Assembly: GCF_032444005.1 (NCBI RefSeq)
Contig: NC_091283.1
Location: 415,648,001 to 415,712,000 of the forward strand
Source: Ranitomeya imitator
Lineage: Eukaryota
DNA length: 64,000 bases
Direction of reading: 5' to 3'
The notes under the pieces were generated by a model. The model was given only the letters and a program-made list of their open reading frames with translations. It ran no database searches and had not been told where the DNA came from. Numbering within the stretch: position 1 is the first letter of the stretch; every line of letters starts with the position of its first letter. Positions 20,227-32,345 of this stretch are shown piece by piece. The translations under genes and the position numbers were made by a program.

Positions 20227-21742
20227 CCGTATATACTCGAGTATAAGCCGACCCCCTAATTTTGCCACAAAAAACTGGGAAAACTTAATGATTCGAGTAA
20301 AAGCCTAGGGTGGAAAATGCAGCAGCTACTGGTAAATATTAAAAATAAAAATAGATAAAAGTAAAATTAATTGAGACATCAGTAGGTTAAGTGTTTTTGA
20401 ATATCCATATTGAATCAGGAGCCCCATATAATGCTCCATACAGTTTATGATGGGCTCCATAGGATGCTCCTTATTAAAATATGCTCCATATAATCCTGCA
20501 CAAATGTTGATTGACCCCATAAGATGCTGCATACAGACATTTGCCCCGTATAATGCTCCACAAATGTGGATTATGGCCCCATGAGATGCCCCATACAGAT
20601 ATTTGCCCCCATATCATGCTGCACATGGCCACATAAGATGCCCCATACAGATATTTGCTCCCATATCATGCTGCACATGGCCACATAAGATGCCCCATAC
20701 AGATATTTGCCCCCATATAATGCTGCACATGGTCACATAAGATGCTCCATACAGATATATAAGATGCCCCATACGGATATTTGCCCCCATATCATGCTGC
20801 ACATGGCCACATAAGATGCCCCATACAGATATTTGCCCCCATATCATGCTGCACATGGCCACATAAGATGCCCCATACAGATATTTGCCCCCATATAATG
20901 CTGCACATGGCCACATAAGATGCTCCATACAGATATATAAGATGCCCCATACAGATATTTGCCCCCATATCATGCTGCACATGGCCACATAAGATGCCCC
21001 ATACAGATATTTGCCCCCATATCATGCTGCACATGGCCACATAAGATGCACCATACAGATATTTGCCCCCATATTATGCTGCACATGGCCACATAAGATG
21101 CTCCATACATATATTTGCCCCATATGCTGTTGCTGCGAATAAGAAAATTACATACTCACCTCTCAGGCCCCCGGCACGTGCTATACTCACCTTTCCCGTT
21201 CCACTGCTGACCGCCACTGTGTCTTCCCCATCCTCTGCACCGACGTTCAGGAAGAGGGCGGCACGCACTAATCACGTCACCGCGCCCTTTGACCGGAGCG
21301 TCACTGCGGAAGACACAGCGGCGCCGAGGATGGAACGAGGAGCAGGTGAGTATCGCACACTGCCCCTGTCATACTTACCTGCTCCTGGCGCCGTCGCTGC
21401 ACCTCTGTTCCCCGGCGCCGCATTTTCTTCCTGTAGTGAGCGGTCACCGTTACTGCTCATTACAGTAATGAATATGCGGCTCCACCTCTATGGGAGGTGG
21501 AGCCGCATATTCATTACTGTAATGAGCAGTACCATGTGACCGCTCACTACAGGAAGAAGCTGCAGCGCTGGAAGAAGCAGGGACGTGCAGGGACCGCACC
21601 AGTAGTAGGTGAGTATAATTAGACAGTCCCCGCTCCCCCTCCCCTGCCGACCCCTGGGTATGACTCAAGTATAAGCCGAGAGGGGGACTTTCAGCCCATA
21701 AAAGTGGGCTGAAAATCTCGGCTTATACTCGAGTATATACGG
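20227..21742. mobile_element. Tc2/pogo-like non-autonomous element carrying a 52-bp minisatellite
   Basis: TA|CCGTATATACTCGAGTATAAGCCG ... CGGCTTATACTCGAGTATATACGG|TA. Confidence 0.85.
20520..21125 (+). repeat. 52-bp tandem repeat, ~10-11 copies
   Basis: Unit ATGCCCCATACAGATATTTGCCCCCATATCATGCTGCACATGGCCACATAAG. Confidence 0.92.
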
Positions 21743-21749
21743 TATATAC

Positions 21750-22250
21750 AGTACAGACCAAAAGTTTGGACACACCTTCTCATTTAAAGATTTTTCTGTA
21801 TTTTCATGACTATGAAAATTGTACATTCACACTGAAGGCATCAAAACTATGAATTAACACATGTGGAATTATATACTTAACAAAAAAGTGTGAAACAACT
21901 GAAATTATGTCTTATATTCTAGGTTCTTCAAAGTAGCCACCTTTTGCTTTGATGACGGCTTTGCACACTCTTGGCATTCTCTTGATGAGCTTCAAGAGGT
22001 AGTCACCGGGAATGGTTTTCCATTCACAGGGGTGCCCTGTCAGGTTTAATAAGTGGGATTTCTTGCCTTATAAATGGGGTTGGGACCATCAGTTGTGTTG
22101 TGCAGAAGTCTGGTGGATACACAGCTGATAGTCCTACTGAATAGACTGTTAGAATTTGTATTATGGCAAGAAAAAAGCAGCCAAGTAAAGAAAAATGAGT
22201 GGCCATCATTACTTTAAGAAATGAAGGTCAGTCAGTCCGAAAAATTGGGA
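21750..22250 (+). mobile_element. Tc1-like transposon, left end only
   Basis: TA|CAGTACAGACCAAAAGTTTGGACACACC TIR. Start of transposase at ~22165 (MARKKQPSKEK*VAIITLRNEGQSVRKIGK). Confidence 0.75.
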
Positions 22251-22689
22251 AATTTCAGTCTGCATTTAATTCGCATTAAGGCTCAGCGCACATTTATGCC
22301 ACGCACTGTGCTGAGCGCTTACATCGGGGGTTTCCGTGTAAATCTCTGAAATATGTGATTCAGACAAAACCCCAGGTGGAAAGTTCACTATATTGAGGCA
22401 GATGGAGGCACTGTGGACACCGTCTGACCTGTGATCCGGCGATGTCTGTCTTTTTAGGATTGCATAAAAGTGCCATCAGCCACAGTTTTGTGCACTTCTG
22501 AAAAGGACAGTGCTGAACAGAGGCCAGACGGAGTCTAGAGTAACTCTGCTCCCCCATTATAGTGAAAGGATCCCTCGGGGTTTTATCTGTCACGTCACTC
22601 AGAGATTTAGATGGAAACCCCAAAGGAAGTGCTCAGTGTAGAGTGCCGGATAAATGTGATCTCAAACTTTATGTAAAATGTTCCCAATA

Positions 22690-24430
22690 AAAGCTTCAAC
22701 TCAATCCACAAAACAAAGCAAGTCCCCACTCAGATCTGTCATCTCTTAACGGAAATATAAGGGGGGTGGGGGGGGGAGGGCCTCGACGTTACTGGTATCA
22801 CAAAGACTCTGGAAAAGCGAAGTGTCTCCTTGCCCCCAAATGAAATTCAGCAAATTCTCCAATCCCAAATCCAAATGCCCCCCCTCCCTTCTGAGCTCCA
22901 GTGTGCCTAAACCACATTTTGCGCCCACATGACTGGCATTTCTGTAGTGATGAGAGCCGGCCTAGTTTACGGGTTAGTCTCCTGAAGCATGAGCTGGGCA
23001 TAATGTTCTGGTGACTGCAACGTACTGGTCACTACAACGGTTTACAATTTTCAGTCAGCAACTTCCACTGCTGCTTGCTTTTAGAAAACACCCATGGAGT
23101 CAAAATCGTCACTACATCTGTAGATAAATTCCCAAATGGTTATAATTTCCAAAATGGGGTCACTTTGGGGGGATTCTGCTTTTCTAGCACTTAAGGCCTC
23201 TTTATATGGAATCCGCAAATTATTCTAGGAAAATCTGCACTCCAGGAGGCAAGTAGTGCTCCGTCCCTCCCAAGTCTCTCCATATGGCAAAGTAGTACTG
23301 TACATCCACATATAGGGTATTTCTACATTCAGCAGAGATTGTGGGACAAATTCTGGTGCCATTTTTACCCATTTCCCAATGTGAAAATGTAAAACTTGGG
23401 GCTAACACACAATCTTGGTGGTAAAAATGTAAATAATTTTTTCCTCACTGCTCAATGGTATAAAAGTTTGTGACACACCTGTAGTGTCAATATAATCACT
23501 GCACGCCTAGATAAATTTATTGAGAGGTTTAATTGTTAAAATGGCGTCACTTTTGGGGGGTTCTGGTGTTCTGGCACCCCAGCAGCTCTGCCAATGAAAC
23601 ATGGCACCCTAAAACAAGTGCAGCAAAATCTGCACTGTAATATGGTGCTTACTTCCCTTCTGAGCTTTGAACTGTGCCTCAAAAGTAGTTTTCGACCACT
23701 TATAAGGTATCGGTGAACTCAGGAGAAACTGCAAAACAAACTTTGGGGTCCATTTTCTCCTTTTGCCCTTGTCAAAATACAAAATTTATAGCTAAAAAAG
23801 ATTTTTGTGGGAAAAATGTGATTTTGTTTTTTTAAATTTTCACGGGTTAATGTTATAAACTTCTGTGACGCACTTGGGGGTTTAAGGTTCTCAATACACA
23901 TCTACTGTAGATAAGGTCCCAAAGGGGTCTAGTTTCCTAAATGGTGTCATTTGTGGTGGGAGGGTTTCCACTGTTTAGGCACATCAGGGGCTCTCGAAAC
24001 GCGACAAGGCGTCCGCTAATTATTCCAGCATATTTTACATTCTAAAAGGCAAATGGCGCTCCTTCCATTCCAAGCCCTGCCGTGCTCCAAAACAGTTGTT
24101 TGCCTCCACATATGGGGTGTCTACACTCAGGACAAATTGTGCAACAAATTGTATGGAGCAACTTCTCTTGATATCCTTATGAAAATGCAAAATTTGAAGC
24201 TAAAAAAGATTTATTTGGGAAAATTGTAAATTTTATTACATTTTTTTATTTTTTATTTCACGGCTTAACGTTATAAACTTCTGTGAAGCATCTGTGGGTT
24301 CAAGGTGCGCAATACACATCTAGATAAGTTTCGTAATGGGTCTGATTTCCAAAATGGGGTCATTTTTGGGGGGTTTCCACTGTTTAGGCACATCATGGGC
24401 TCTCCAAAAATGACATTGCGTCCACTAATT
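22690..24430 (+). mobile_element. Internal fragment of a piggyBac-like non-autonomous family with diverged ~390-bp subrepeats
   Basis: Recurrent blocks such as AAAATGGGGTCACTT..GGGGG and CCACATATGGGGTAT match, in inverted orientation, the repeat unit at 60760-62900. Confidence 0.6.
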
Positions 24431-24699
24431 GTGCGTTTGCTCTGGTTCTCATAGACTTGCATTGACAGTTTGTGATGTAGCTTCTGACTTACGACCAGTC
24501 AGAAGCCGCACTCACAAGGGAGGCTGCAGGACCCGAGCAGCTCAGAAAAACTGTGAAGATGACGGAGGGTGAGTATATAACCAGAGGCAGGGGGCTTGCG
24601 TGGTTAAACCACTACTCCCAACACTGAAAAAAGCAAATGCTGAAGTGGTGCTTTAAAGCTACAAGTTGTCTTCTGAGCTACTATACACAGGTCCTCCAT

Positions 24700-25000
24700 T
24701 GTAAGGTCTACACGACTGGTTCAGGGCTTCAACAAAACAGCAGGTCTTGTGGGGGGTTTCCAGTATTTTGCAAGTCTTGTGGGGTGTTCTCTGTATATGG
24801 CAGGTTTTGTGGGTTGTTCCCAGTGTACAGCTTGTCTGGTATGGTGTTTCTGGTATACGGAAGAACTTTTGGAGTGTTCCCAGTCTTGTGGGGTGTGACC
24901 GGTATATTACAGCTCTTGCAGATTGTTCCCAGGAAACTGCATCTCTTGTGGGGTGCTTCTGGGAAGCTGCATCTCTTGTGCGGTGTTCCTGATATGCAAT
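24700..25000 (+). repeat. Degenerate ~30-bp minisatellite related to the array at 44900-46620
   Basis: Units like GTCTTGTGGGGTGTTCTCTGTATATGGCAG. Confidence 0.65.
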
Positions 25001-25380
25001 GATCCAAGGGCAAGAAGTGAACCAGCGACAGGGTCATGTATCCGAGGCTCATTGACAATTCGTAGGAATGGAGAGGTCTAAGATTCTAAGGAATTTATAT
25101 AAAACATCACAATTGTTTTGATATGGCTTAAAACAAAGAAAAAATGAAGATCGTATAAAATAACATGGTGGACACCAGGCCTACGTGTTTTGAACCTTAC
25201 AGGCTTAACCTTGACCAAGTCAAGTTTTATATATAAAATAAATTTTTTTGTGGTTGCTGGATTTTTATTTCTTCTTTCATGGTTTCAGCTGAGGAGCGAG
25301 CCTGATCCCTCCGTGCATCTCGCCCCGCTCCAATATATCTTCTAAACCGTTTTGCTGATGAACTGTTTGTTTTGCTCATA

Positions 25381-26110
25381 ATAGAAAGGTGTCAGGACAC
25401 AGCATCGCAGTTATGATAGAAAGTTGTCAGGACATGCAGAGTATCGCAGCTTTAATAGAAAGGTGTCAGGACACACCAAGCATCGCAGCTATGATAGAAA
25501 GGTGTCAGGACTCGCAGGGCATCGCATCTATAATAGAAAGGTGTCAGGACATGCAGAGTATCGCAGCTTTAATAGAAAGGTGTCAGGACACACCAAGCAT
25601 CGCAGCTATGATAGAAAGTTGTCAGGACTCATAAAGCATCGCAGCTGTGATAGAAAGTTGGCAGCACTCGCAGAGCATTGCATCTATGATAGAAAGATGT
25701 CAGGACTTGCAGAGCATCACAGCTATGGTAGAAAGTTGGCAGCACTCGCAGAGCATCGCATCTATGATAGAAAGGTGTCAGGACTCGCAGAGCATCGCAG
25801 CTTAGATAGAAAAGTGTTAGGACACAGTGCATCGCAGCTATGCTAAAAAGGTGTCAGATATCGCATAGCATTGCAGCTATGATAGAAAGGTGTCAGGACT
25901 CGCAGGGCATCGCATCTATAATAGAAAGGTGTCAGGACATGCAGAGTATCGCAGCTTTAATAGAAAGGTGTCAGGACACACAGAGCATCGCCGCTATGGT
26001 AAAAAGGTGTCCGGACTTGCAGAGCATCAACGCTATGATAGAAAGTTGTCAGGACACATAGAGCATCGCATCTATGATAGAACGGTGTCAGGACACGCAG
26101 AGCATTGCAG
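25381..26110 (+). repeat. 39-bp tandem repeat with a partial 117-bp higher-order period
   Basis: Unit ATAGAAAGGTGTCAGGACACGCAGAGCATCGCAGCTATG. A trio of variants repeats at ~25415, ~25532 and ~25920. Confidence 0.88.
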
Positions 26111-26881
26111 CTTTTGCTAACGTCCTGTGGTCATACATAAGCGAAGGTCTGGTGGTGGAGTCCATGGGTCAGAGCTTTTTTGTGAGCAGCCTATGGGTGT
26201 CACACATTATTGTGGCTGTGATCTTATGTCTGAGCAGACATTGCAGACTAAAGTGGCATATATGCCAGGTGGTTAGCCCCCTGATAAAACACATACTAAG
26301 AAGGGAAGAATATAATAAGTACACACAGGTGCTGCCATGGCATTGAAGCTGTGGCTTTGGCAATGTCCATCGCACATGAATGATGGTGAGTTATAAGTCG
26401 TCCATGTTGGTGTGTGTGATACACTTCCGCCCTGGCTCGCTCTCGATGTTGGTGTCTCCTCTGTATTCACTCCACAAGCAACAGGAATCTCAACTGTGAG
26501 ATATCATTCACAGATGTCTATGCCGGGCCGCAGAACCTCCCCTTCACACTCGTAATTGGCAGCCAGTGACACTGGCAGGGGACCAGTCCCTATTTTATAG
26601 GCCAGGAGATCAGTCTATGCTTATAGAGCATGTGCACAGCAGCTGGGATGTCCTTGTTCGCCTGGTGGTCAGGCCCTTTGACGTTTTAAGCCATCTCGTG
26701 AAGGTTTATTGCATGGCTTGGATAGCATTTTTCCTCTAAAATCACTCCAGTCCACCTCCCCCTAGCTTGGAGTGACTGATAACAGGGAGAAATAGATTAC
26801 ATTGAAGTTCACAACAATGATATGTAAAATAGAGTTCCCCTTTAATTCTAGAGACCTTAACATATGTGTTTCTCCCTTTAG

Positions 26882-26984
26882 GATAGTATAAGCTTGCTCT
26901 TGGATGCTGTAAGAACCAGGAATGAAGACCTTGCTCAGACTTGGAAGAAATCGGAGCAGTGGGCGACAATCGAGCAGTTGTGCA
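26882..26984 (+). CDS. NPLOC4: NPLOC4 coding exon (DSISLLLDAVRTRNEDLAQTWKKSEQWATIEQLC+S), phase 0/1
   Basis: Bounded by ctttag| and |gtaagt. The 103 nt match NPL4 DSISLLLEAVRTRNEELAQTWKRSEQWATIEQLC. This exon is not in the ORF track. Confidence 0.96.
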
Positions 26985-27716
26985 GTAAGTGCCACAAGAT
27001 AAAATGAGTAACCGCGTTCACACCGAATTCTAAATACGGCGAATTCATGTATCATGTATGCATAGGCTATGCTATAAACTCTGGATGAGAAAGGGGGTTT
27101 GTCTATTTTACCAAAAGAGCCAATCGACATTATTCATTCCCTCCCAATAATTTCTATACACTCCCAATAGGAACTTGACTTGAAATATTCCCGCGACCCT
27201 AGGCCAGCAGCCATGTCAGTAGTACAGATAGGGGGTTCTTGAGCTGTGACCTCCACTAATTTCCAAAATGGTAGATCTCTGCAGATCTGAACTTGGTATA
27301 GTTCTCTTAGTATCTCCAAGGGGCGTATTAAAGGGTAAATCAACCACTATGAACTTGCGGCCATCTATATTGTATAGGTGACACCAGTGGTCTTACAGCA
27401 CCACCCAGTTCTGAGAGGACACGGACTGATGAGAATAGACTGGAGGCTGAGAAGTGATGACAGCAGGAAGTAAAGGAATTTTTTGTGGCTCTGAACAAAA
27501 CGATGAACAAGACAATTGGCGTCGGTACAGATGCTGCGAATATCCGTCACACATTTGTTACTCATTATGTAATGTATTATTAGAGCTCGCATGCTCATGA
27601 TGGCCATCACTGGGACTTAAGGGGCCACACCTGCTTCAAAATATATGCCGGTCTCTATTTCTTATCCATGCATGGGTTTTCCAGTCCTTATGAATAAAAT
27701 AGTCTCTTTCCTTTAG

Positions 27717-27877
27717 GCACGGTTGGGGTGCAACCATCAGAGCTTCAAGATTACGGGGCCATCGGGGGATCCACGCATGCTGCCTCATCAACGTCGATGT
27801 GGTCCTGTCAACACTGCACCTTCATGAACCAGGCTGGGACAGACCAGTGCGAGATGTGCCGCCTGCCCCGGACCTAG
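27717..27877 (+). CDS. NPLOC4: NPLOC4 last coding exon with NZF/RanBP2-type zinc finger and stop codon
   Basis: After ctttag|, the exon reads GC ACG GTT... = (S)TVGVQPSELQDYGAIGGSTHAASSTSMWSCQHCTFMNQAGTDQCEMCRLPRT*. The phase matches the previous exon. Confidence 0.97.
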
Positions 27878-30247
27878 CATCGGCGCACAGACGTTGGGGC
27901 TAGCAAGAAAGCACTATCAGGAGCTGATCTTAGGCGAGCCCCACCCTACAATGTCGCTTGTGTAGGGCTGTGTGAAGGAGACGTCTTAAGTTTGTCCATC
28001 CTCCAAGGGTAGTATGTAGGGGTGCAGAGCTTACGAGCCCACCAGCCACAACCTTTGCCCAGCCCATAAGGTATGGGAGGGGGGTTGGGTTGATAAGATG
28101 TTGTCTTGGTCCTTGCTTTGCCTCCTGGACGGTCTGCTGCCAGTTCTACAGCTTGGGCTTTCCTGCATATCTTCTTACACATTCACCTCCTTGATTGAAA
28201 ACGGAGCCTAGTTAAAGTGGTCATGTCTTGATGATTATTACTTTACCAAGAGGCAGCTCTTGCACCCGTCCCATTCTCTGCATCTGTCGGCACGCCATCG
28301 CTTTACTTTTTCACGCTGGCAACATCTGGATTGGCAACAAGCAAATCCGTACATCAGAGAAACTATCAGCTTTTACCCACCATGATCGCGATCCGCAAGT
28401 ATTACTTTAAATGCTAACGACCTTAGATTAAAGACAGACTTTTGGGTGGACTTCCTGTCATTGGTACTTGTTATTTTTCTTAAAGGGAAATGCTTATGTG
28501 GATCAGAAAACGTTGTAAAAAAAAAAAAACACACACAAAAAACTCCAGTTCTACACAGTGTATCGGGATTTATTTTCGTACCAGCCTCTCGATCATAGCA
28601 GGGTCCAGAACAATTTATATGTGTGAGGAAGAAAAGATCCGATTAACTGTCTATGACTACCAATAGGTGGCGGTACTGTAAGTCGGTGAGGAAGGGTCTG
28701 TCTGGGGGTCTTTAATTTGCTGCAGCAGGGAGAAAACCCTCGGATGTCTTCTCTTGCTCTCGTACAGGTCCAGTTGATTGACAGGTTTCTCCCATGTGTG
28801 CACATACGGAGAGACCTGTCGATGAACTAGAGGGGGTTGGGGAAAGTCTGCCAGGGGCTGCACCGGACTAGTCAGGTCTCTACCTATAGTACAACATTCT
28901 CTTGCCATTACCCAAAGGTGGTGGAGAACGTTTTACATTTTCATTTTCAGAAACGGTGCCACACTTGTCTGCAAGCGATGTCTGGTATTTCATTAGTCAA
29001 GCAAATGGGGTTGAGTTGCAATATCTCAAACCACCCAAGAGTGGTGCTGTTACTGGGAAGGGAAAATAGTCCCCTCTCCCTCCCCCCCCCCCCCCATTGT
29101 TTAATCTTATGCGACCCCCGACCTTTTTAACCTTCATCATTAGAACCTGTTCCCCAACTAGGTGACTTATAAGGCAATCCCTACATGACTTTTTATTAAA
29201 TTAGCTTTTTATAAGGTCTTCCAAAGCCCCATTAACCTGAGGGGATTAAGCAAAATGCTGTGATCCCCTGACGTATAAATCCTGCCAATGTAGCAGGTGA
29301 GTGGAAAGAACGGCGCAGTCGGCTCCGCTGGCACCAGGCGGTTGCAGTAAATCCTCTTCATGTATAATAGATTTCCATATCCCTATAGCGTTGTATATAA
29401 TGGATACAGTAAGACAAGCCTCTCAGGGCCACGCCGGACAGTATATTTAGATACGGAGTTAAAAAGCCCATATATCAGTACGTCTGACCCGCAGTGATCA
29501 CAGAAGTTTGCAGAGTGCCTTATTAGTACTGCCCTAGTGTGGGTTTACCATTAGCCCGCTCATTTGTTTAGGAGGGAGGAGGATATTTTTTTTTCTTACA
29601 CGTATATAAGATAAGAGGAAGAGTTTTTGCTTCTTAAAGAGGTCGTATCACTATATTGTATGAGAATCTGATAAATTAAGGCAGCAGGGGGCATGGCTAG
29701 AGTACAGGCAGGGATGTGTTGCCTAGCAACGTGATTTCTCTGGGTTCCGCACTAATCAGATTTCTGCGAGGATGCATGTATCTGACCGTAGTGACTACTG
29801 CCACCGCTGCAAACTTTTACCATTAAAACCTGCCAAGTGTTCTACGTGGAACGTATTACTCATCTGACTCCTTTGTTTCCACTAGAAGAAGGAGAGTCAT
29901 GTGCTAAGCTTAATGGCAGATGTGTGAACAGAGCAGAGGAATGGCTGATACTTACTACCATTTTTGCATGGCACCTTCTGTAGCATGGGATGTTGCCAAC
30001 CTGGCATCCCTCCGCTGAGCTAAAGAGGATCACCTCATATATTAGAAGAGAAGGACTGACGGCTGACAGATTATTGGCCACTTCGCATATGGAACAAAAG
30101 GTGTAGTCTGGTTGCCATGGACAGAACTTTTAAGGGCTAGTCTCACCAAGGCAGCCTCTGTAAATTTAATATTGGAACTCGGGACCCCTATCTATGACCC
30201 AGGAGGGAAAGGCACTTGAAGTATGGCTTTCGCTTTGAAGGACTTAA

Positions 30248-30587
30248 AGGGAACCTGTTGTACTGAAAATGGTATCTGATCTGCAGGCATGATGATATAG
30301 AGCAGGAGTAAGTGATCAGGTTTATAGAAAAAATGTAAGTAAAAGTTGCAATTTATTCATTCAATTCCATTATGTTTGCAAATGAGTCAAATGGGCAGTC
30401 CTATTCAGGCAATCACTGAGTGGAACCGCCCATTGGACTCCTACATAGAAACAGCAGGGTTTCAATGAATAGAATACTGAATGATTACTGAATCTTTTCC
30501 AACAAACTGCTATATCATTTTTCTCAGCTTTTCCTCTACATCGTGCTGTCTGCAGATCTGACTGAATGCTAATGTGACGGGTTCCCG
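30248..30587. mobile_element. Kolobok/T2-type MITE downstream of the NPLOC4 stop codon
   Basis: TTAA|AGGGAACCTGT ... GACGGGTTCCCG|TTAA. Confidence 0.7.
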
Positions 30588-30728
30588 TTAAACTGTCTTG
30601 ACTACTCATCTTGTGTCAGCTCCTATATTGAAGGGCTGACTGATGAGCCCAACCTGCTTTGAAATGGTCCATACAGCACTACTAGGAAGTGTCCATGATG
30701 AGCATTGACCCCTTCCTGACTTTGTTCA

Positions 30729-30907
30729 TTAATACTGAGTGAGGCTAAGCTGCCGTACACAATGCATCCCATAGAGGAGGCTAGCACAGTGTCGCAGGAA
30801 AACAAAATCAGAAAGGGGTTAATACTGAGTGAGGCTAAGCTGCCGTACACAATGCATCCCAAAGAGGAGGCTAGCACAGTGTCTCAGGAAAATAAAATCA
30901 GAAAGGG
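30729..30907 (+). repeat. 90-bp tandem duplication
   Basis: TTAATACTGAGTGAGGCTAAGC...AAAATCAGAAAGGG occurs at 30729 and 30819, with a few substitutions. Confidence 0.9.
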
Positions 30908-31918
30908 CACCAGCTCTCCACACTTTCTCATATATGTCCTGAAGGCTGTACCACCTCCTAAGGGAATCCTCCACATTGCACTAGCCCTAACATGTAAGAA
31001 TGGTCTCTGGACCCCAAAAAATGATCAGCTGTTTCTTCATTGTGTTCTGTTTCCCTGCAGCACCACCACAGGAGACATTAAGCATTACACAGTCGCTAAT
31101 CAAATCAGTGGGGGTTGCCTTTGTAAAGTAGAACCGGACAGGTCCTCCACAGTGAGACAAAACTCTTGTATACATGTGCTCAATTCTGGAAAAGGGTCCC
31201 TCCATTAATTCTGTGGTTGGATATTGAAAAAGGGGTTTGGCAAGTAATGCCAAATATTTCCTGCAGATTGGTCCATATATCAGAACCTTCAGTGGAAAAC
31301 CATATATATATACCGTACATATATATGTCCACTTCCAACCAATAATGTAAGGGAATCCTTTGCCCTACCACATTAGAGTCCAGCTGCCTCCCAAATGGTT
31401 CCATTTCTACCCTAACCAAAGTCTGGGTGTATTCTATGAGTCAAGAGGGAGCATGAACGCTTCCATCCCCAAGGGCCAGCGAGGGATGTCGATCTGTGTG
31501 GTGGGGCATCCTATAGACACCCTAATACTATGGGCTGTATCTCATGACAAGTGCCTTTTTAAGAAGGTCCCTTACATATTTCCATCGATAGGGTTGTGAT
31601 TAATGATGTAACAATATGTGCCCGGATTTTCTTCTATGGCCATCTAAAGTGTAGCAAAGTCTCTATGATCGTTCCACTGACAGATACAGGTCCATGGGGG
31701 AGTAGAAGGTATTGTGGGTCCTTGTGTGAGAAGGACACCCAGGTACCACCGGTGGTTTGCCGTGAGTACACCAGAGATCTTTGTGAAGTGTAGTGCCGCT
31801 TGACCTCTCCGATTTCTTTTATTCTTTCCTCATGGTGTACTTTCCCGCTGGGGCTTACAGGAGTGTGGGACACCAGGCGTCAGACAGGGTTGTGTGTATT
31901 TTAGCACTGTTGAATTTA

Positions 31919-31924
31919 AATAAA
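31919..31924 (+). terminator. Candidate NPLOC4 polyadenylation signal
   Basis: AATAAA followed by a GT/T-rich tract (GTTGTCTGTGTTATTTTT). Other candidates lie upstream (ATTAAA ~29194 and ~29822, AATAAA 30891), so this site is not unique. Confidence 0.4.
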
Positions 31925-32041
31925 TGCTTGACGAATAGCCACCGTTGTCTGTGTTATTTTTATAAGACCTCCCCCCACCCCCCAAGTTCATTAGTGTTCT
32001 TTGTAATTAAGGAATGTTGGCATCTAAGGAGCCTTCACTAT

Positions 32042-32345
32042 TAATGATGAGCGAACGTGCTCGGATAAGGTGTTATCAGAGCATGCTCCTGTGCTAACCA
32101 AGGGTCTTTGACATGCTCGAAAAATGTTTTAGTCCCCGCGCCTGCATGTCTCATGGCTTTTCGACAGCCACAACACATGCAGGGATTGCCTGTTTGTTAC
32201 GTAATCCATGAATGTTTTGTTGCTGTCGAACAGCCGCGAGACATACAGCCGCCGGGACTCTATTTTTCTAGCACTCCGAAGACACTCTGTTAGCACCCGA
32301 GCATGCTCTGATAACACTTTATCCGTGCCCGTTCGCTCATCACTA
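32042..32345. mobile_element. hAT-type MITE (304 bp)
   Basis: TIRs TAATGATGAGCGAAC / GTTCGCTCATCACTA. The 8-bp TSD TTCACTAT is at 32034-32041 and 32346-32353. Confidence 0.85.

Noticed and set aside
30762-31208. 148-aa ORF in the NPLOC4 3' region
   Set aside because: It begins in the 90-bp tandem duplication and has no recognisable domain or splice support.
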